The notes under the pieces are model-generated. The model made no database searches and was not told the DNA's origin. It worked only from the letters and a program-made list of their open reading frames with translations. From a virus, in the IMG/VR virus record IMGVR_UViG_3300044639_001193, positions 1 through 64,000 of that record: 64,000 bases of DNA. One strand, 5' to 3'. Made by a program: the position numbers and the translations under genes. The first letter of the stretch is position 1; the number at the start of each line of letters is the position of its first letter. This document shows, piece by piece, positions 27,889 to 38,359 of the stretch.

Positions 27889-29397
27889 ATGGCTTATAGC
27901 CGTCCAGGAGTTTACATTAGTGAACGCCTACTACCGCCTGTGCTCCAAGGTGGAGTAACTGCAAACGCCGCTGGCGCTGTAGTTGCACCATTTGCACAAG
28001 GCCCAGAAGCAGTAACGCTTGTTAACTCTTGGTATGAATTTACCAAGTATTTTGGTGGCTACAACGCCGCCTACCCAGCCACCTTCCAGGTTGGCTCTTA
28101 CTTCTCAAACGGAGGAAAAGAACTTTATGTTCAACGCCTTCTTAAAGCAGATGCAGATGCAGCAAGTGTAATTATCCAAACTTCTGCTTCTGACAATGTT
28201 TGTATTGTTACTGCTAAAAACGCAGGAGCAGACGGAAACAACCTTCGTGTTGTAGTAACTGCTGGTTCAGTAGCCTCTACTTATACACTCACCGTGTACA
28301 GAGAAGCAGGTGTAGCAGGCAATATCTCAGACGACGTTTTACTTGAGCGCTACGAAAACATTGTGTTTAATGACGATGCTTCAAGTGATTTTGCAAACGT
28401 TGTTATCAACACAGTTTCTGCTAATATCACTGTTGCTGCCGTAGATGGTTCAGGAGCACCTGTTCTCACAACATACCCACTTACAGGTGGAGACAACGGA
28501 ACAACTCCAGTGGCTGCTGACTACACAGACTACAAGAGTAGCGGAAGTTCAGTGTTTGAGCGTTTCTCAGCACTAGACCGTCCTCTTGTTGTATTCCTTC
28601 CAGGAATTTGGGCCGCACTTGCTTCTGCTGAAGTTTCAGTTATTGATGCTGCTACCTCATGGGCAGAAGACAATAATGGTTTTGTTGTTATTGAAACAGC
28701 AGCAGACCTAACAGTTGCTAACGCAATTTCAGCAGCAGGAAGTTTGACTGACACCAGTTTTGGTGCTGTCTACTATCCACACGTTTATATCTCAGACCCA
28801 GTAGGTCGTGGTACAGGCGCTCTTCGTCTAATTGGACCATCAGGTGCAATTGCAGGTCTTTACATGGCAACAGATGCAAGCCGTGGTGTCTTTAAGGCTC
28901 CAGCAGGTATTCAAACAACTGTTGCTGGTGTTGTTTCTGTAGAAAAAACCTTTACCTCTGCAGAACTAGACTCAATGAACGCAAGTACATCACCAGTTAA
29001 TCCACTTCGCCAGATTCCTGGTGCAGGTCTTTCTGTAATGGGTGCTCGCACACTTAAGCAAGATGGTACAGCGAACAAGTATGTAAACATGCGCCGTTCA
29101 CTTATCTACATCCGTAAGCAACTCAAAAACAACACAGAGTTTGCTATTTTTGAGAACAACGACGAAAAGTTGTGGTCACGTATCCGCAGCACACTTACCG
29201 TGTTCCTCACTGAATACAAAAACCAAGGCGGACTTCGTGGTGCAAACAACGCTCAGGCTTTCTTCATCAAGTGTGATGCAGAAAACAACACAGCAACCAC
29301 AATCGCTAACGGCGAAGTGCACATCCAAGTTGGTGTAGCACTCCAATACCCAGCAGAGTTTATTGTCATTGACCTAAGTCAAAAGACAATTAACTAG
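27889..29397 (+). CDS. contractile tail sheath protein
   Basis: SRPGVYISE N-terminus; RGVFKAPAG, GARTL, YVNMRR, FENND and PAEFIVI motifs. Confidence 0.95.
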   Translation: MAYSRPGVYISERLLPPVLQGGVTANAAGAVVAPFAQGPEAVTLVNSWYEFTKYFGGYNAAYPATFQVGSYFSNGGKELYVQRLLKADADAASVIIQTSASDNVCIVTAKNAGADGNNLRVVVTAGSVASTYTLTVYREAGVAGNISDDVLLERYENIVFNDDASSDFANVVINTVSANITVAAVDGSGAPVLTTYPLTGGDNGTTPVAADYTDYKSSGSSVFERFSALDRPLVVFLPGIWAALASAEVSVIDAATSWAEDNNGFVVIETAADLTVANAISAAGSLTDTSFGAVYYPHVYISDPVGRGTGALRLIGPSGAIAGLYMATDASRGVFKAPAGIQTTVAGVVSVEKTFTSAELDSMNASTSPVNPLRQIPGAGLSVMGARTLKQDGTANKYVNMRRSLIYIRKQLKNNTEFAIFENNDEKLWSRIRSTLTVFLTEYKNQGGLRGANNAQAFFIKCDAENNTATTIANGEVHIQVGVALQYPAEFIVIDLSQKTIN

Positions 29398-29417
29398 GAC
29401 GAAGGAGAAAAAACACA

Positions 29418-30044
29418 ATGGCAATAGTAAATAGCCGCTCAACGTTAGCCACAGACCCAGTACGTAACTTTCGGTTCTTGGTAACATTTGAACCACAAGA
29501 TACAAGTAACACAGGCCTTGGAACCACAACTATCCCTATGGGCTTTACCTCAGTATCTGGATTGGCTGTTACAACAGACTCAATCCCTTACCGTGAAGGT
29601 GGATACAACACCACTGTTCACCAAATTCCAGGACAGACATCGTTCACACCTATCACTTTGCAACGTGGCGTAATCCTCGGAAGCAAGCAAAATTGGGATT
29701 GGATGAAGCAGTTGTTCGCAACTGTACAGGCTGGCGGTTCAACCCTTGCATTAGGAAAGAACTTTCGTTGCGACCTTGAGATTGCGGTATTAAACCACCC
29801 AATCCCATCTTCAGGTGCAAACGTACTTTCTGGTGATGTAGCAGCAACTGCACCAAAAGATGAAGTTGCAATGCGCTTTAAAGTGTTCAATGCATGGCCT
29901 ACAACAGTGGCATACTCAGACTTAAACGCTGGTGATAATGCTCTCTACGTTGAACAAATGACCCTCGTACACGAAGGCTTTGACCTCAACTGGGGTGCGT
30001 TTAACACTACAACTAAGGCATTTGAAAACGCAGCAGACTTCTAA
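29418..30044 (+). CDS. tail tube protein (T4 gp19-like)
   Basis: DPVRNFRF, GFTSVSGL, YREGG, ITLQRGV, NAWPT and LVHEG motifs. Confidence 0.93.
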   Translation: MAIVNSRSTLATDPVRNFRFLVTFEPQDTSNTGLGTTTIPMGFTSVSGLAVTTDSIPYREGGYNTTVHQIPGQTSFTPITLQRGVILGSKQNWDWMKQLFATVQAGGSTLALGKNFRCDLEIAVLNHPIPSSGANVLSGDVAATAPKDEVAMRFKVFNAWPTTVAYSDLNAGDNALYVEQMTLVHEGFDLNWGAFNTTTKAFENAADF

Positions 30045-30061
30045 TCTAACAAAGGAATAAC

Positions 30062-30868
30062 ATGACGAAAACAATTAGTGCAGCGGCTAATCCCGCAATG
30101 GCAAACAAAGCCGCTCAAGACATGATGGCTGAACAGCCTCAAGAAATAGAAGTAACGATTACACCTCCTTCGGACACAGTAGTTAACCTTCCTGGCGGAT
30201 ACATAACATCCGCTGGGGAGGTTGCTACCGAAGCAGAAGTACGTGAACTAAATGGTCGTGACGAAGAAGAAATCTCAAAGGCAAGCACTTTGGGTAAAGC
30301 GCTTTTAACAATCTTAAAGCGTGGAACCGTACGTGTTGGTAATGAGCCAGTATCTGAAAAAATGTTAGATGCTCTCCTTTCAGGTGACCGAGACATGCTT
30401 CTTGTAGGAATCTTTAAAGCAACATTTGGAAACATTGCACACTTGGGTGGCTATTGTGGCTCTTGTGCAGAGACCAAAGAAGTTGATATAGAAATTGATA
30501 AAGACATTAAGGTAAAGGTTTTAACAGACCCAGTTAATGACCGTACCTTTACCGTAAAAGGTAAAACTGAATACTTAGTACAACTACCAACTGGTATTAC
30601 TCAAAAAGAACTACTTCTTAGTGCGGATAAAACAATCCCTGAACTAAACACACTTCTTTTACAGAATACAGTTGTTAAAATTGGAGATTCACCAGTAGTA
30701 AGCAAGATTCAAGTATTAAACATCGGCCTTACAGACCGTCGCAAGATTGTTGACGAAATCAACAACCGACTATGTGGACCACAGTTTAACGACTTAACGC
30801 TTGATTGCCCAGATTGTGAAGGCGAGGTACAGGTCCCTATTAGTTTAGGCACCTTGTTTCGTTTCTAG
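30062..30868 (+). CDS. tail assembly chaperone / baseplate hub assembly protein (T4 gp26-like)
   Basis: Between tube and tape measure; VRELNGRDEE, LLSGDRD and two CxxC pairs. Confidence 0.75.
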   Translation: MTKTISAAANPAMANKAAQDMMAEQPQEIEVTITPPSDTVVNLPGGYITSAGEVATEAEVRELNGRDEEEISKASTLGKALLTILKRGTVRVGNEPVSEKMLDALLSGDRDMLLVGIFKATFGNIAHLGGYCGSCAETKEVDIEIDKDIKVKVLTDPVNDRTFTVKGKTEYLVQLPTGITQKELLLSADKTIPELNTLLLQNTVVKIGDSPVVSKIQVLNIGLTDRRKIVDEINNRLCGPQFNDLTLDCPDCEGEVQVPISLGTLFRF

Positions 30869-31007
30869 CAGAATTTCATACGCTCAATTACTTTTTGAGT
30901 GGAAAAGAGTAGCGGACTACTACCCAGGATGGACGTTGGCAGATATACAAAATCTGTCAAGAAGAGAAAGAGACAACTGGTTACAAATACACCAGTTAAA
31001 GAGTTAA
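30858..31007 (+). CDS. +1-frame extension of the tail assembly chaperone
   Basis: Frame with no ATG/GTG start: (F)VSSRISYAQLLFEWKRVADYYPGWTLADIQNLSRRERDNWLQIHQLKS*, filling the gap to the tape measure SD; GWTLxDIxxLxxxER resembles G-T/gp51-type chaperone tails. Confidence 0.7.
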   Translation, partial: FVSSRISYAQLLFEWKRVADYYPGWTLADIQNLSRRERDNWLQIHQLKS

Positions 31008-31016
31008 GGAGATGAC

Positions 31017-33581
31017 ATGGGTTATGCAGCAGATGTAAAAGCCTTAACCGCTGACATCGCTAAACTTACTGAAGCAATTAACGCTATGCACGCTGCCCTT
31101 TCATCAACGGGCAAAGAGGCAGGTGGCATTTTCTCTTCTCTTAAAGGCATCATTGGAAAAGGTGGTCAACGCGGAGTTGGCTCAACTGGTGGTAACAAAC
31201 TAAGCGGTTCACTTGCTGGGTTCAGTACTCCTACAAGTACACCTAAGAGTATGAACACCAACGGTGGTCAGGGTGGTGGCGGTGAAGTAGGAGGCGGTAC
31301 TACCCCTAACGGTGGCGGCGCTTCTTTCGGTGGAGTACCGATGGTTGGCTCCAGTATGTCCCGAATGGTTCAAGGCCAAGGCTACGCTGCAATTGGTTCT
31401 GGAATGATGGGGGCAGTAAAGGCTGTTGTTGGAACTGTTTACGACGCTGCTCCAGATTCTTCTGGCGTAGTAAACCGTGCTGGTTCATACTATCAAGCAG
31501 CGCTACGTTCTCCAGGAATGGCACGAGCAGGATTAGCACAAGCAACTTTTAGCGCATTAAAAGGTGGACTAAGCAGCATTGGCTCTGACGCAAATGTTGC
31601 AAACATCCTTGCAAATGCTGGCTATGTTCCAGGTAGTAAAGATTATTTATCTGCCGCACGCCAAACACGAGGTGCGGCAACTTACCTTGGAATGCAAAAT
31701 GAAAATGCAGCCTCTGCAATTGCAGGGCTACAAGGTGGGCCGATGTCTGCTCAACTTTATCAATATGGCATTACAACTATGGGTGCAAATGGTGAGGCTA
31801 AAAGTGTTGGTGACATTGCTAAGCAACTTTATAGCGTTATGTTCCCAGGCGGTGCTACACCTAAAAGCGTTCAAGAATCTCTTCGTAGTGGTTATGCAGA
31901 CCTAAACTTACAAGGTTTGGGGATGAACGCAGACCAAAAACAGATGATTAGCCAAGCATTTATTGATATTGCTGGAGGAAAAAACCCTGACCTTGCCTCT
32001 GCAAAGTCTGCTAAAGATAACCAAAATCCTTTTGACCCACTTTACCGAATGAATACTTCTTCCACCATGATTCAAGGTGCTGCAGAAAAAAATACTCTTT
32101 CTGGTCTTGGCGCTGCAGCAGGAACTATTGAAACATTTAACAATGTTATGAAAGACACCATTGCATCTATGTCTACCTTAAAGGGTTACCTAGATGGTCT
32201 ACAAGGTAATCCACAAGGTTCTGCTCTAAAGAAGGGTGCACAGGGCCTTTGGAGTGCTGGCAAAAAAATTGTTGGCGGCCTAATGATGCTTGGTGGCGGA
32301 GCATTAGCCGCAACAGGAGGTGGAGTTGTACCAGGATTAGCAATTGCTAGTGGAGGTGCCGCTCTTGCTTTTGGTGGAGGTACACCAGGTTACGGTTCTT
32401 CTTTTGGTGGTCGTAATTTAGGCTCAGGAAAATATGCAAACAATCTTGTAAGTGCTGCTTACGGTGCACGGGATGCACAAGGCGGTAACTGGGATAGTAC
32501 TGGTGGAGTTCACCAAGGAACAGACTACAACGTTAAAGTTGGAACACCTGTAGTAGCAGTTAAAGAGGGCGTTGTTTCTGACAAAGTGTTAAGCGCCGAT
32601 TATGGACAAGCAGTACTCCTTGACCACGCAGATGGGTACTCTTCTCTTTATGCACACTTAAGTTCTAAACAAGCAACTCCTGGAACAAGAGTATTTCAAG
32701 GACAAAAAATTGGTGAGTCTGGAAAATCAGGTAATGCTACTGGCCCACACTTGCACTACGAGGTATGGCATGGACCTAACAACCCTGTAGACCCAGCAGA
32801 GTTAACAAATGCTGGTTTGCCTGTTTCTGGCTCAAACGTTACTCAAAACATGAACGTTTCAAATCCAAACTTATTATCCGATGTAACAAGCATTAGTGCT
32901 TTAGGTAATACCAGTTCTGGTGGTTCAAGCGGTTCAAGCGGTTCTTTATCCCTTGTTAAGGGCACTGGAGACAAAAAGACTTGGGCTACTCAATTGCTTA
33001 CAGCAATGGGTGCCCCTGTATCTGATACCAACATTAATGCCCTTACAACTTGGCAAAGCAGAGAAGGTGGTCACTGGAATAACAGTGCCAACTATAACCC
33101 GCTTAACACCACGCTTGACATGGGTAACTCTGAAAGTATGAACAGTGTTGGAGTAAAACGTTACAAGTCTTGGGAAGAAGGAATTCAAGCAACGATTAAA
33201 ACTTTAACAGGCGGAAGTGCAGATGCTCGTGGTTATACAGCCATTGTTAATGCTTTAAAGAGCGGTGCAGACACAGCAACAATTCTTAAAGCAGTTAGCA
33301 ACTCTGCCTGGGTAACAGGTAAAACTGGTCAAAACAGTTATAAAGGCTTTACAGGTGGCGGTACTCCTGGTTCTCCTGGTATTCCAAACCCAGACACTAC
33401 AAGCCAAAACATAACGCCTACGCCTATCCCAGTTACAACTCCACAAGCAAGTGAATCTAAAGTTGTTAATTTTAATGTTTATTTAAACGATGTATCCGAT
33501 GCTCAAGCATTACTTTGGGCTAGAAAAGTTGAAACGTACTTGCACGATAAAAAAGAAATTTCTTTAATGGGAGGTAAGTAA
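31017..33581 (+). CDS. tape measure protein with M23 peptidase and lysozyme-like domains
   Basis: Position after the chaperone; HQGTDY, YAHL and TGPHLHYEV (M23); W...EGG...NPLNT...Y.SWEEG (lysozyme/transglycosylase-like). Confidence 0.85.
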   Translation: MGYAADVKALTADIAKLTEAINAMHAALSSTGKEAGGIFSSLKGIIGKGGQRGVGSTGGNKLSGSLAGFSTPTSTPKSMNTNGGQGGGGEVGGGTTPNGGGASFGGVPMVGSSMSRMVQGQGYAAIGSGMMGAVKAVVGTVYDAAPDSSGVVNRAGSYYQAALRSPGMARAGLAQATFSALKGGLSSIGSDANVANILANAGYVPGSKDYLSAARQTRGAATYLGMQNENAASAIAGLQGGPMSAQLYQYGITTMGANGEAKSVGDIAKQLYSVMFPGGATPKSVQESLRSGYADLNLQGLGMNADQKQMISQAFIDIAGGKNPDLASAKSAKDNQNPFDPLYRMNTSSTMIQGAAEKNTLSGLGAAAGTIETFNNVMKDTIASMSTLKGYLDGLQGNPQGSALKKGAQGLWSAGKKIVGGLMMLGGGALAATGGGVVPGLAIASGGAALAFGGGTPGYGSSFGGRNLGSGKYANNLVSAAYGARDAQGGNWDSTGGVHQGTDYNVKVGTPVVAVKEGVVSDKVLSADYGQAVLLDHADGYSSLYAHLSSKQATPGTRVFQGQKIGESGKSGNATGPHLHYEVWHGPNNPVDPAELTNAGLPVSGSNVTQNMNVSNPNLLSDVTSISALGNTSSGGSSGSSGSLSLVKGTGDKKTWATQLLTAMGAPVSDTNINALTTWQSREGGHWNNSANYNPLNTTLDMGNSESMNSVGVKRYKSWEEGIQATIKTLTGGSADARGYTAIVNALKSGADTATILKAVSNSAWVTGKTGQNSYKGFTGGGTPGSPGIPNPDTTSQNITPTPIPVTTPQASESKVVNFNVYLNDVSDAQALLWARKVETYLHDKKEISLMGGK

Positions 33582-34882
33582 TGGCTAGTTATTCTAACCC
33601 AGGAACTAATTTTGACCTCAAAAAACTAAAACTTTACGAACAATATGGTGGTCAACAAAAATATTTAGCCGCTAAAAAAGCCCTTGATAATGCTAAAAAA
33701 CAAGCCGCTAAAGACTCAAAGCCATTGCTAAATTCAAATAAAGTAATCCTTGACGAGTTAAACGACCCTGTTAATGGGTATTACGCAAGATTAAAATTAG
33801 CACAATTAGAAAATAACGCAGTAGATATTGCTTTTTGGAAAACCAAAATTACTAAAGCAAGAGCAAAAATTAAAGAAAATAATCTTAAAATTTACGTAAT
33901 AGAAGTAAAACTTAAAGACGCACAAGACAAGTTTAACAAAGCAAAAATTAAAAGTACTACTGGTTCAGGCTCAGGCTCAGGCGCGGACACGGTCACTTCA
34001 AATACCCCAGGTACTGGTCCTTGGCACTTTAATGCTCCGCTAGTTAAACGAGCAGACTTTGTTTACACAACAACCTCAAGTGTTAACGAAGGAACCGAAT
34101 CTAGAAGAGACGTTACAATCACACGAACAAACCAAATAGTTGTTCCGTTGCCAAAACTAATTCCTGCTGGTACTTCGTCAGTGGACGATGCATACAACTT
34201 TTGGACTAACCAAGAGTACGGTAAAGGCGCTATTCAGATGGACCGTAAAACAAACACAATAGAACTTGCAGCAAACGCTAAAAAAGAAGCAGCATTAAAT
34301 AAAATTAAATTTGACGATAAAATGTATGGTTTTAGGTTTAACTACAACCCAACTACGGTAAACATGAGTTGGGGAGCCATTGCTGGCGCTAACCCAGTAT
34401 ACGAATCTGCAGGCAAAGACCCTGCGGCTCCCATGGCTCAAAATCTTATCTCTAGTTATTTAACCTTTGATATTATTTTAAACCGCATTCAAGACTTGGC
34501 TCTTTTAAACTCTAGTGGAAAATACCTTTACGGAGAAAATCCATACCCATGGGAAATTAGTGCTGAAGACCGAAAAATGATTGTTAACAAAGGAACTATG
34601 TACGATTTAGAGTATTTGTTTCGTACTATGCACGGTTATGCGTTTTATAGTAATTTTTCCAGCACTCTTATGGGCAAAACAAATGACCCAGGTTGGTTGC
34701 CTGTCCGTCCAGTAGAACTACACCTTGGTAACAAACTGCGTTACCGTGTTCGTATTAGTGGACTTGAAGTTGTGCATAAGATTTTTTCTGCCAAAATGGT
34801 TCCACTTTTATCCGTCGTTTCTATCACCTGTATGCGTTACTGGGATGGTCCTAATGCAAAAGACTATAAGAAGGCAACATGA
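33581..34882 (+). CDS. baseplate/tail-tube initiator-like protein
   Basis: GFRFNYNPTTV motif; position after the tape measure. Confidence 0.55.
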   Translation: MASYSNPGTNFDLKKLKLYEQYGGQQKYLAAKKALDNAKKQAAKDSKPLLNSNKVILDELNDPVNGYYARLKLAQLENNAVDIAFWKTKITKARAKIKENNLKIYVIEVKLKDAQDKFNKAKIKSTTGSGSGSGADTVTSNTPGTGPWHFNAPLVKRADFVYTTTSSVNEGTESRRDVTITRTNQIVVPLPKLIPAGTSSVDDAYNFWTNQEYGKGAIQMDRKTNTIELAANAKKEAALNKIKFDDKMYGFRFNYNPTTVNMSWGAIAGANPVYESAGKDPAAPMAQNLISSYLTFDIILNRIQDLALLNSSGKYLYGENPYPWEISAEDRKMIVNKGTMYDLEYLFRTMHGYAFYSNFSSTLMGKTNDPGWLPVRPVELHLGNKLRYRVRISGLEVVHKIFSAKMVPLLSVVSITCMRYWDGPNAKDYKKAT

Positions 34883-35154
34883 TATATCTAGATAGCAGAT
34901 ATGCTGATGGTGTTTTGTTCATAGCACAAGAACCAAAATCTCTTGATTATATGTTAAGTATTTTTAGAACTTTTCCAAGTTATAGCGTTACTTATTACTT
35001 GTATGAAGTCACTGAAAATGACCGCATTGAATGGATTGCAAGTAAAACGTTAGGTAATCCACACCTTTGGTGGCAAATTATGGATATTAACCCAGAAATT
35101 TTAAATCCATTTAATTTAGAACCAGGCCTGCAGTTAAGGATTCCTCGTGAATAA
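34879..35154 (+). CDS. LysM-like / tail X baseplate protein
   Basis: DRIEWIA...LGNPHLWWQIMDINP...PG.QLRIP. Confidence 0.8.
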   Translation: MIYLDSRYADGVLFIAQEPKSLDYMLSIFRTFPSYSVTYYLYEVTENDRIEWIASKTLGNPHLWWQIMDINPEILNPFNLEPGLQLRIPRE

Positions 35155-36400
35155 AAGAACTCAGAGCCGTATAGGTACTACCTTTGAAATTACTTTTCCA
35201 GATTTTCCGACGTTTAAAACAGCACCACAATGGTTTCGTCTAACTCAAGAACAAGGAAAACACGATGTAATTGAAGTTGCTTTTGCTTCTTTTGATAGAC
35301 ATTTTCAAAAAGCATTAAAAACTGGAGTAATGTTTAAAGTAAAATGGAAAACAGAACATGCAAAAAATGAATGGGTTGGATACGTCTATAACGGCGACAA
35401 CACTACCCAAGCAACAATTGCTAAAAACGTTATTGTGCGTGGAATGGGCCCTTCGTTTGCCTTAAAACAAGGCGGTAATAAAATTTGGAAAAACAAAACA
35501 GCATCTGAGATTGTCCAAGAAATTTGTAAAGAACACAAACTAAAAGCAATTGTAGATAAAAGTAACGTTCGGTTTGGTATGCAGTCTTTAGTAGGTTTAA
35601 CTAAATGGGAAAAGATTCAAGAACTTGCAGAACGTATAGGGTTTCATGCTCATGTTAGCAACACAACACTGTATTTCCAACGCATTGACAAGATGATTGA
35701 CCAGTTTGCTTCTATTATTCCCGTGTTTTCTTATCAAGATGGCAATGCTCCTCAAGGCACAATTATTGATGCACAAACTTTGGACTACTTTAAAGCACGT
35801 ACTGGAGATATTTCTGAGTCTGGTTCCCACAGTAAAAAAGATAAAACTATTCACGGCATTGACCCTATTACTGGAAAAAGCCATAGCCATACAACTAGCC
35901 CAAATAAAGTTGGAAAACAAATTAGAGTGAGCAATACAGATGTACTTTTTAAAGAAGTTTCTTCAACGGTTGTAGCAGAAACAAAATCAATTGCTAAAGA
36001 ACTTTCTGAAGGAATGGCGCACCTTGCTCGTTTCTCTATGCACGCTGAGGGTAATGGGCAAGGCGACCCACGTATGGCTCCGTATAGAACTGTAGAAATA
36101 AACGGAACGGGAAGTAACACAGACGGTTTTTGGGTTTTAAAAAAAGTAGAACATTTAGTTACTTTTGATGGGCGTTACACTGTTGACTTTAAATGCATGA
36201 CAGATGGGCTTGGTAAAAACAAAGAAGGCGCTTTTCGTAAGACAACAGCCTCAATTGTACCCACACGAGATGTTGCATACGAAATGGCTACAGGCGGAAA
36301 TCAAGCCCCTTCAACCCCTACAATTAGTTCTAGACAGCCTATGGTGAACGAAACAAGTGGCGGGTTTACAACCAGTACAAAAAGATGGGTAGGTCTCTAA
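35147..36400 (+). CDS. baseplate hub protein (P2 gpD/T4 gp27-like)
   Basis: ASEIVQEI, WEKIQELAERIGF, GDPRM and DGFWVLKKVEH motifs. Confidence 0.75.
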   Translation: MNKRTQSRIGTTFEITFPDFPTFKTAPQWFRLTQEQGKHDVIEVAFASFDRHFQKALKTGVMFKVKWKTEHAKNEWVGYVYNGDNTTQATIAKNVIVRGMGPSFALKQGGNKIWKNKTASEIVQEICKEHKLKAIVDKSNVRFGMQSLVGLTKWEKIQELAERIGFHAHVSNTTLYFQRIDKMIDQFASIIPVFSYQDGNAPQGTIIDAQTLDYFKARTGDISESGSHSKKDKTIHGIDPITGKSHSHTTSPNKVGKQIRVSNTDVLFKEVSSTVVAETKSIAKELSEGMAHLARFSMHAEGNGQGDPRMAPYRTVEINGTGSNTDGFWVLKKVEHLVTFDGRYTVDFKCMTDGLGKNKEGAFRKTTASIVPTRDVAYEMATGGNQAPSTPTISSRQPMVNETSGGFTTSTKRWVGL

Positions 36401-36801
36401 TGGCTGAAGTAGCACTAACGCTTCCATTTACAATAAACGCTTACGGCAGTGTTTCTACAACAACTGAACAAAGTAAAATTTGGTCAGATAGAGTTCGGTT
36501 TGTGATTGGTACCAACCTTCATGAAAGAATTTTAGACCCTCAGTTTGGAACCCTTGTTCCAGAAGCCTTTATGCAAACATCAGATGATGCTGAATCTATG
36601 ATTATTGCTGAAGTAGAAAGAGCATTTCCAGAACAACTTGAACTCTTAACCCTTCAAAGTGTTGATGTTTCTTTTGACGAATACACCAGCACTACTAATG
36701 TAAACATCATTTACGAACTTCCAAATGGTGAAGTAACCGACACCGTTGTGGCTGTAACTTCTATTGGCGGAAACAACATATCAGTACAGGAGATATTATG
36801 A
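36400..36801 (+). CDS. baseplate wedge protein (gp25/GpW-like)
   Basis: T..HERILDPQFGT motif; TAATG coupling at 36400. Confidence 0.85.
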   Translation: MAEVALTLPFTINAYGSVSTTTEQSKIWSDRVRFVIGTNLHERILDPQFGTLVPEAFMQTSDDAESMIIAEVERAFPEQLELLTLQSVDVSFDEYTSTTNVNIIYELPNGEVTDTVVAVTSIGGNNISVQEIL

Positions 36802-38357
36802 GCATAGTTGCTCCAAGCGATACACCCGTTCCACTAGACTATACAAGTCGTGATTACTACTCCATTCGTGAGCAGTTAATCAAACGTATTCAAGACCGCA
36901 TACCTGATTGGGCTGCATCAGACCCAGCAGACTTTGGTGTGGCTCTTGTAGAGGCTTTTGCATATATGGGCGATTTAATGTCTTACTATATTGACCGCAA
37001 CGTAAACGAATCATTTATTGCAACTGCAACACAACGAGATAGCGTTGTAAACATTGCTCAGGCTTATGGGTACATTCCAACAGGATACCGTCAAGCATTT
37101 GTAACTTTAACTTTTACAAACTCTTCTGCAACCGATGTTATAACAATTCCTGCAGGTACAGTAATTAATGGAGATGTAATCAGTGGCGATACTGTAAACA
37201 CCGTTTACTTCACAACTGATGCCGAGTTAACTTTAGACCCAGACGTTGACAATGGTATTGGGACAATGACTGCACGAGAAGGTCGCAGTGTTACTTTAGT
37301 TGCTCCCGACTACACAAACATTTATGGAGAACTAGTTGGAACTTCTGATGGCACACCTAACCAAACTTTTGCTTTAGGAGAATCTCCAGCAGTAGATGGT
37401 TCTTTAAGCGTATATGTACAAGGCGGTCCTGAGTACTCTAAGTGGCGCCAAGTTCAACACTTAATTGACGCTAATCCTTTTGACCAGGTGTTTTCCGTAA
37501 CTAGCGATGCCAACGATTTACTGTACGTAAATTTTGGTGACGGCGTATCTGGAGCAATTCCAGTTAATTTTTCTGCAGTTCGTGTGCTTTACACGGTTGG
37601 TGGAGGAACTATTGGAAATGTAACTACTGGTCTGCTTACAAACATTGATTATGTACCAGGCCTTTCTACAAACGACGTTATTGCGTTACAGTCTCTTGTA
37701 ACTGTTACAAACGATGAAGTTGCACTTGGCGGCGCTGACCCAGAAACTTTGTCTCAAATCCGTTATGCAGCGCCGTTAACTCTCCGTGCAAACACACGTG
37801 CTATTTCTCTTGAGGACTTTAACAGCCTTGCATTAAACGTAACAAACTGCGGTAAAGCAAACGCAACTGCAGACCTTTGGACATCCGTAACTTTGTATGT
37901 AGCACCTTCGCGTAACTCTGGTGATTCTGATTTACAACCTGGCCTTGATGAGGCCCAAGACCCAACAAGCGAGTATACAACCCTTGCTGAAGATGTATAT
38001 GATTACGTTTTTCCTCGTACTTTGATTGGGTCTAGTTTGACCATTCAACCACCAACTTATGTAGACGTTGTTTTGACTGTTCAATATGCAAAACTTCCTC
38101 AATACACTGAAACTGAAGTTGAGGCTTCAATTAAATCAGTTTTAGTAAACGACTATGGTTATGTAAACAACACTTTTCAACAGACTATTTACGTACAAGA
38201 CATTGAAACCACGCTCAACAACAGAGTTACTGGAATTAAGATTTCAAAACTAGCAGCACTTTATCGTGCAGGCGGTAGTGGGTTAAACACTCTTGTAGGA
38301 GCAGCGGATGAAATTTTCCGAATTAAAGAAGAAAATATCACCATTGGACTTATTTAA
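36798..38357 (+). CDS. baseplate J-like wedge protein
   Basis: DYTSRDY, DFGVALVE, FGDGVSG.IP and GGADPET...RAISLEDF motifs. Confidence 0.9.
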   Translation: MSIVAPSDTPVPLDYTSRDYYSIREQLIKRIQDRIPDWAASDPADFGVALVEAFAYMGDLMSYYIDRNVNESFIATATQRDSVVNIAQAYGYIPTGYRQAFVTLTFTNSSATDVITIPAGTVINGDVISGDTVNTVYFTTDAELTLDPDVDNGIGTMTAREGRSVTLVAPDYTNIYGELVGTSDGTPNQTFALGESPAVDGSLSVYVQGGPEYSKWRQVQHLIDANPFDQVFSVTSDANDLLYVNFGDGVSGAIPVNFSAVRVLYTVGGGTIGNVTTGLLTNIDYVPGLSTNDVIALQSLVTVTNDEVALGGADPETLSQIRYAAPLTLRANTRAISLEDFNSLALNVTNCGKANATADLWTSVTLYVAPSRNSGDSDLQPGLDEAQDPTSEYTTLAEDVYDYVFPRTLIGSSLTIQPPTYVDVVLTVQYAKLPQYTETEVEASIKSVLVNDYGYVNNTFQQTIYVQDIETTLNNRVTGIKISKLAALYRAGGSGLNTLVGAADEIFRIKEENITIGLI

Positions 38358-38359
38358 AG

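Noticed and set aside
30533-30544. TTAATGACCGT inside the tail chaperone gene, resembling the FNDR core
   Set aside because: It is mid-gene and encodes VNDRT without the Phe or basic tail; treated as chance
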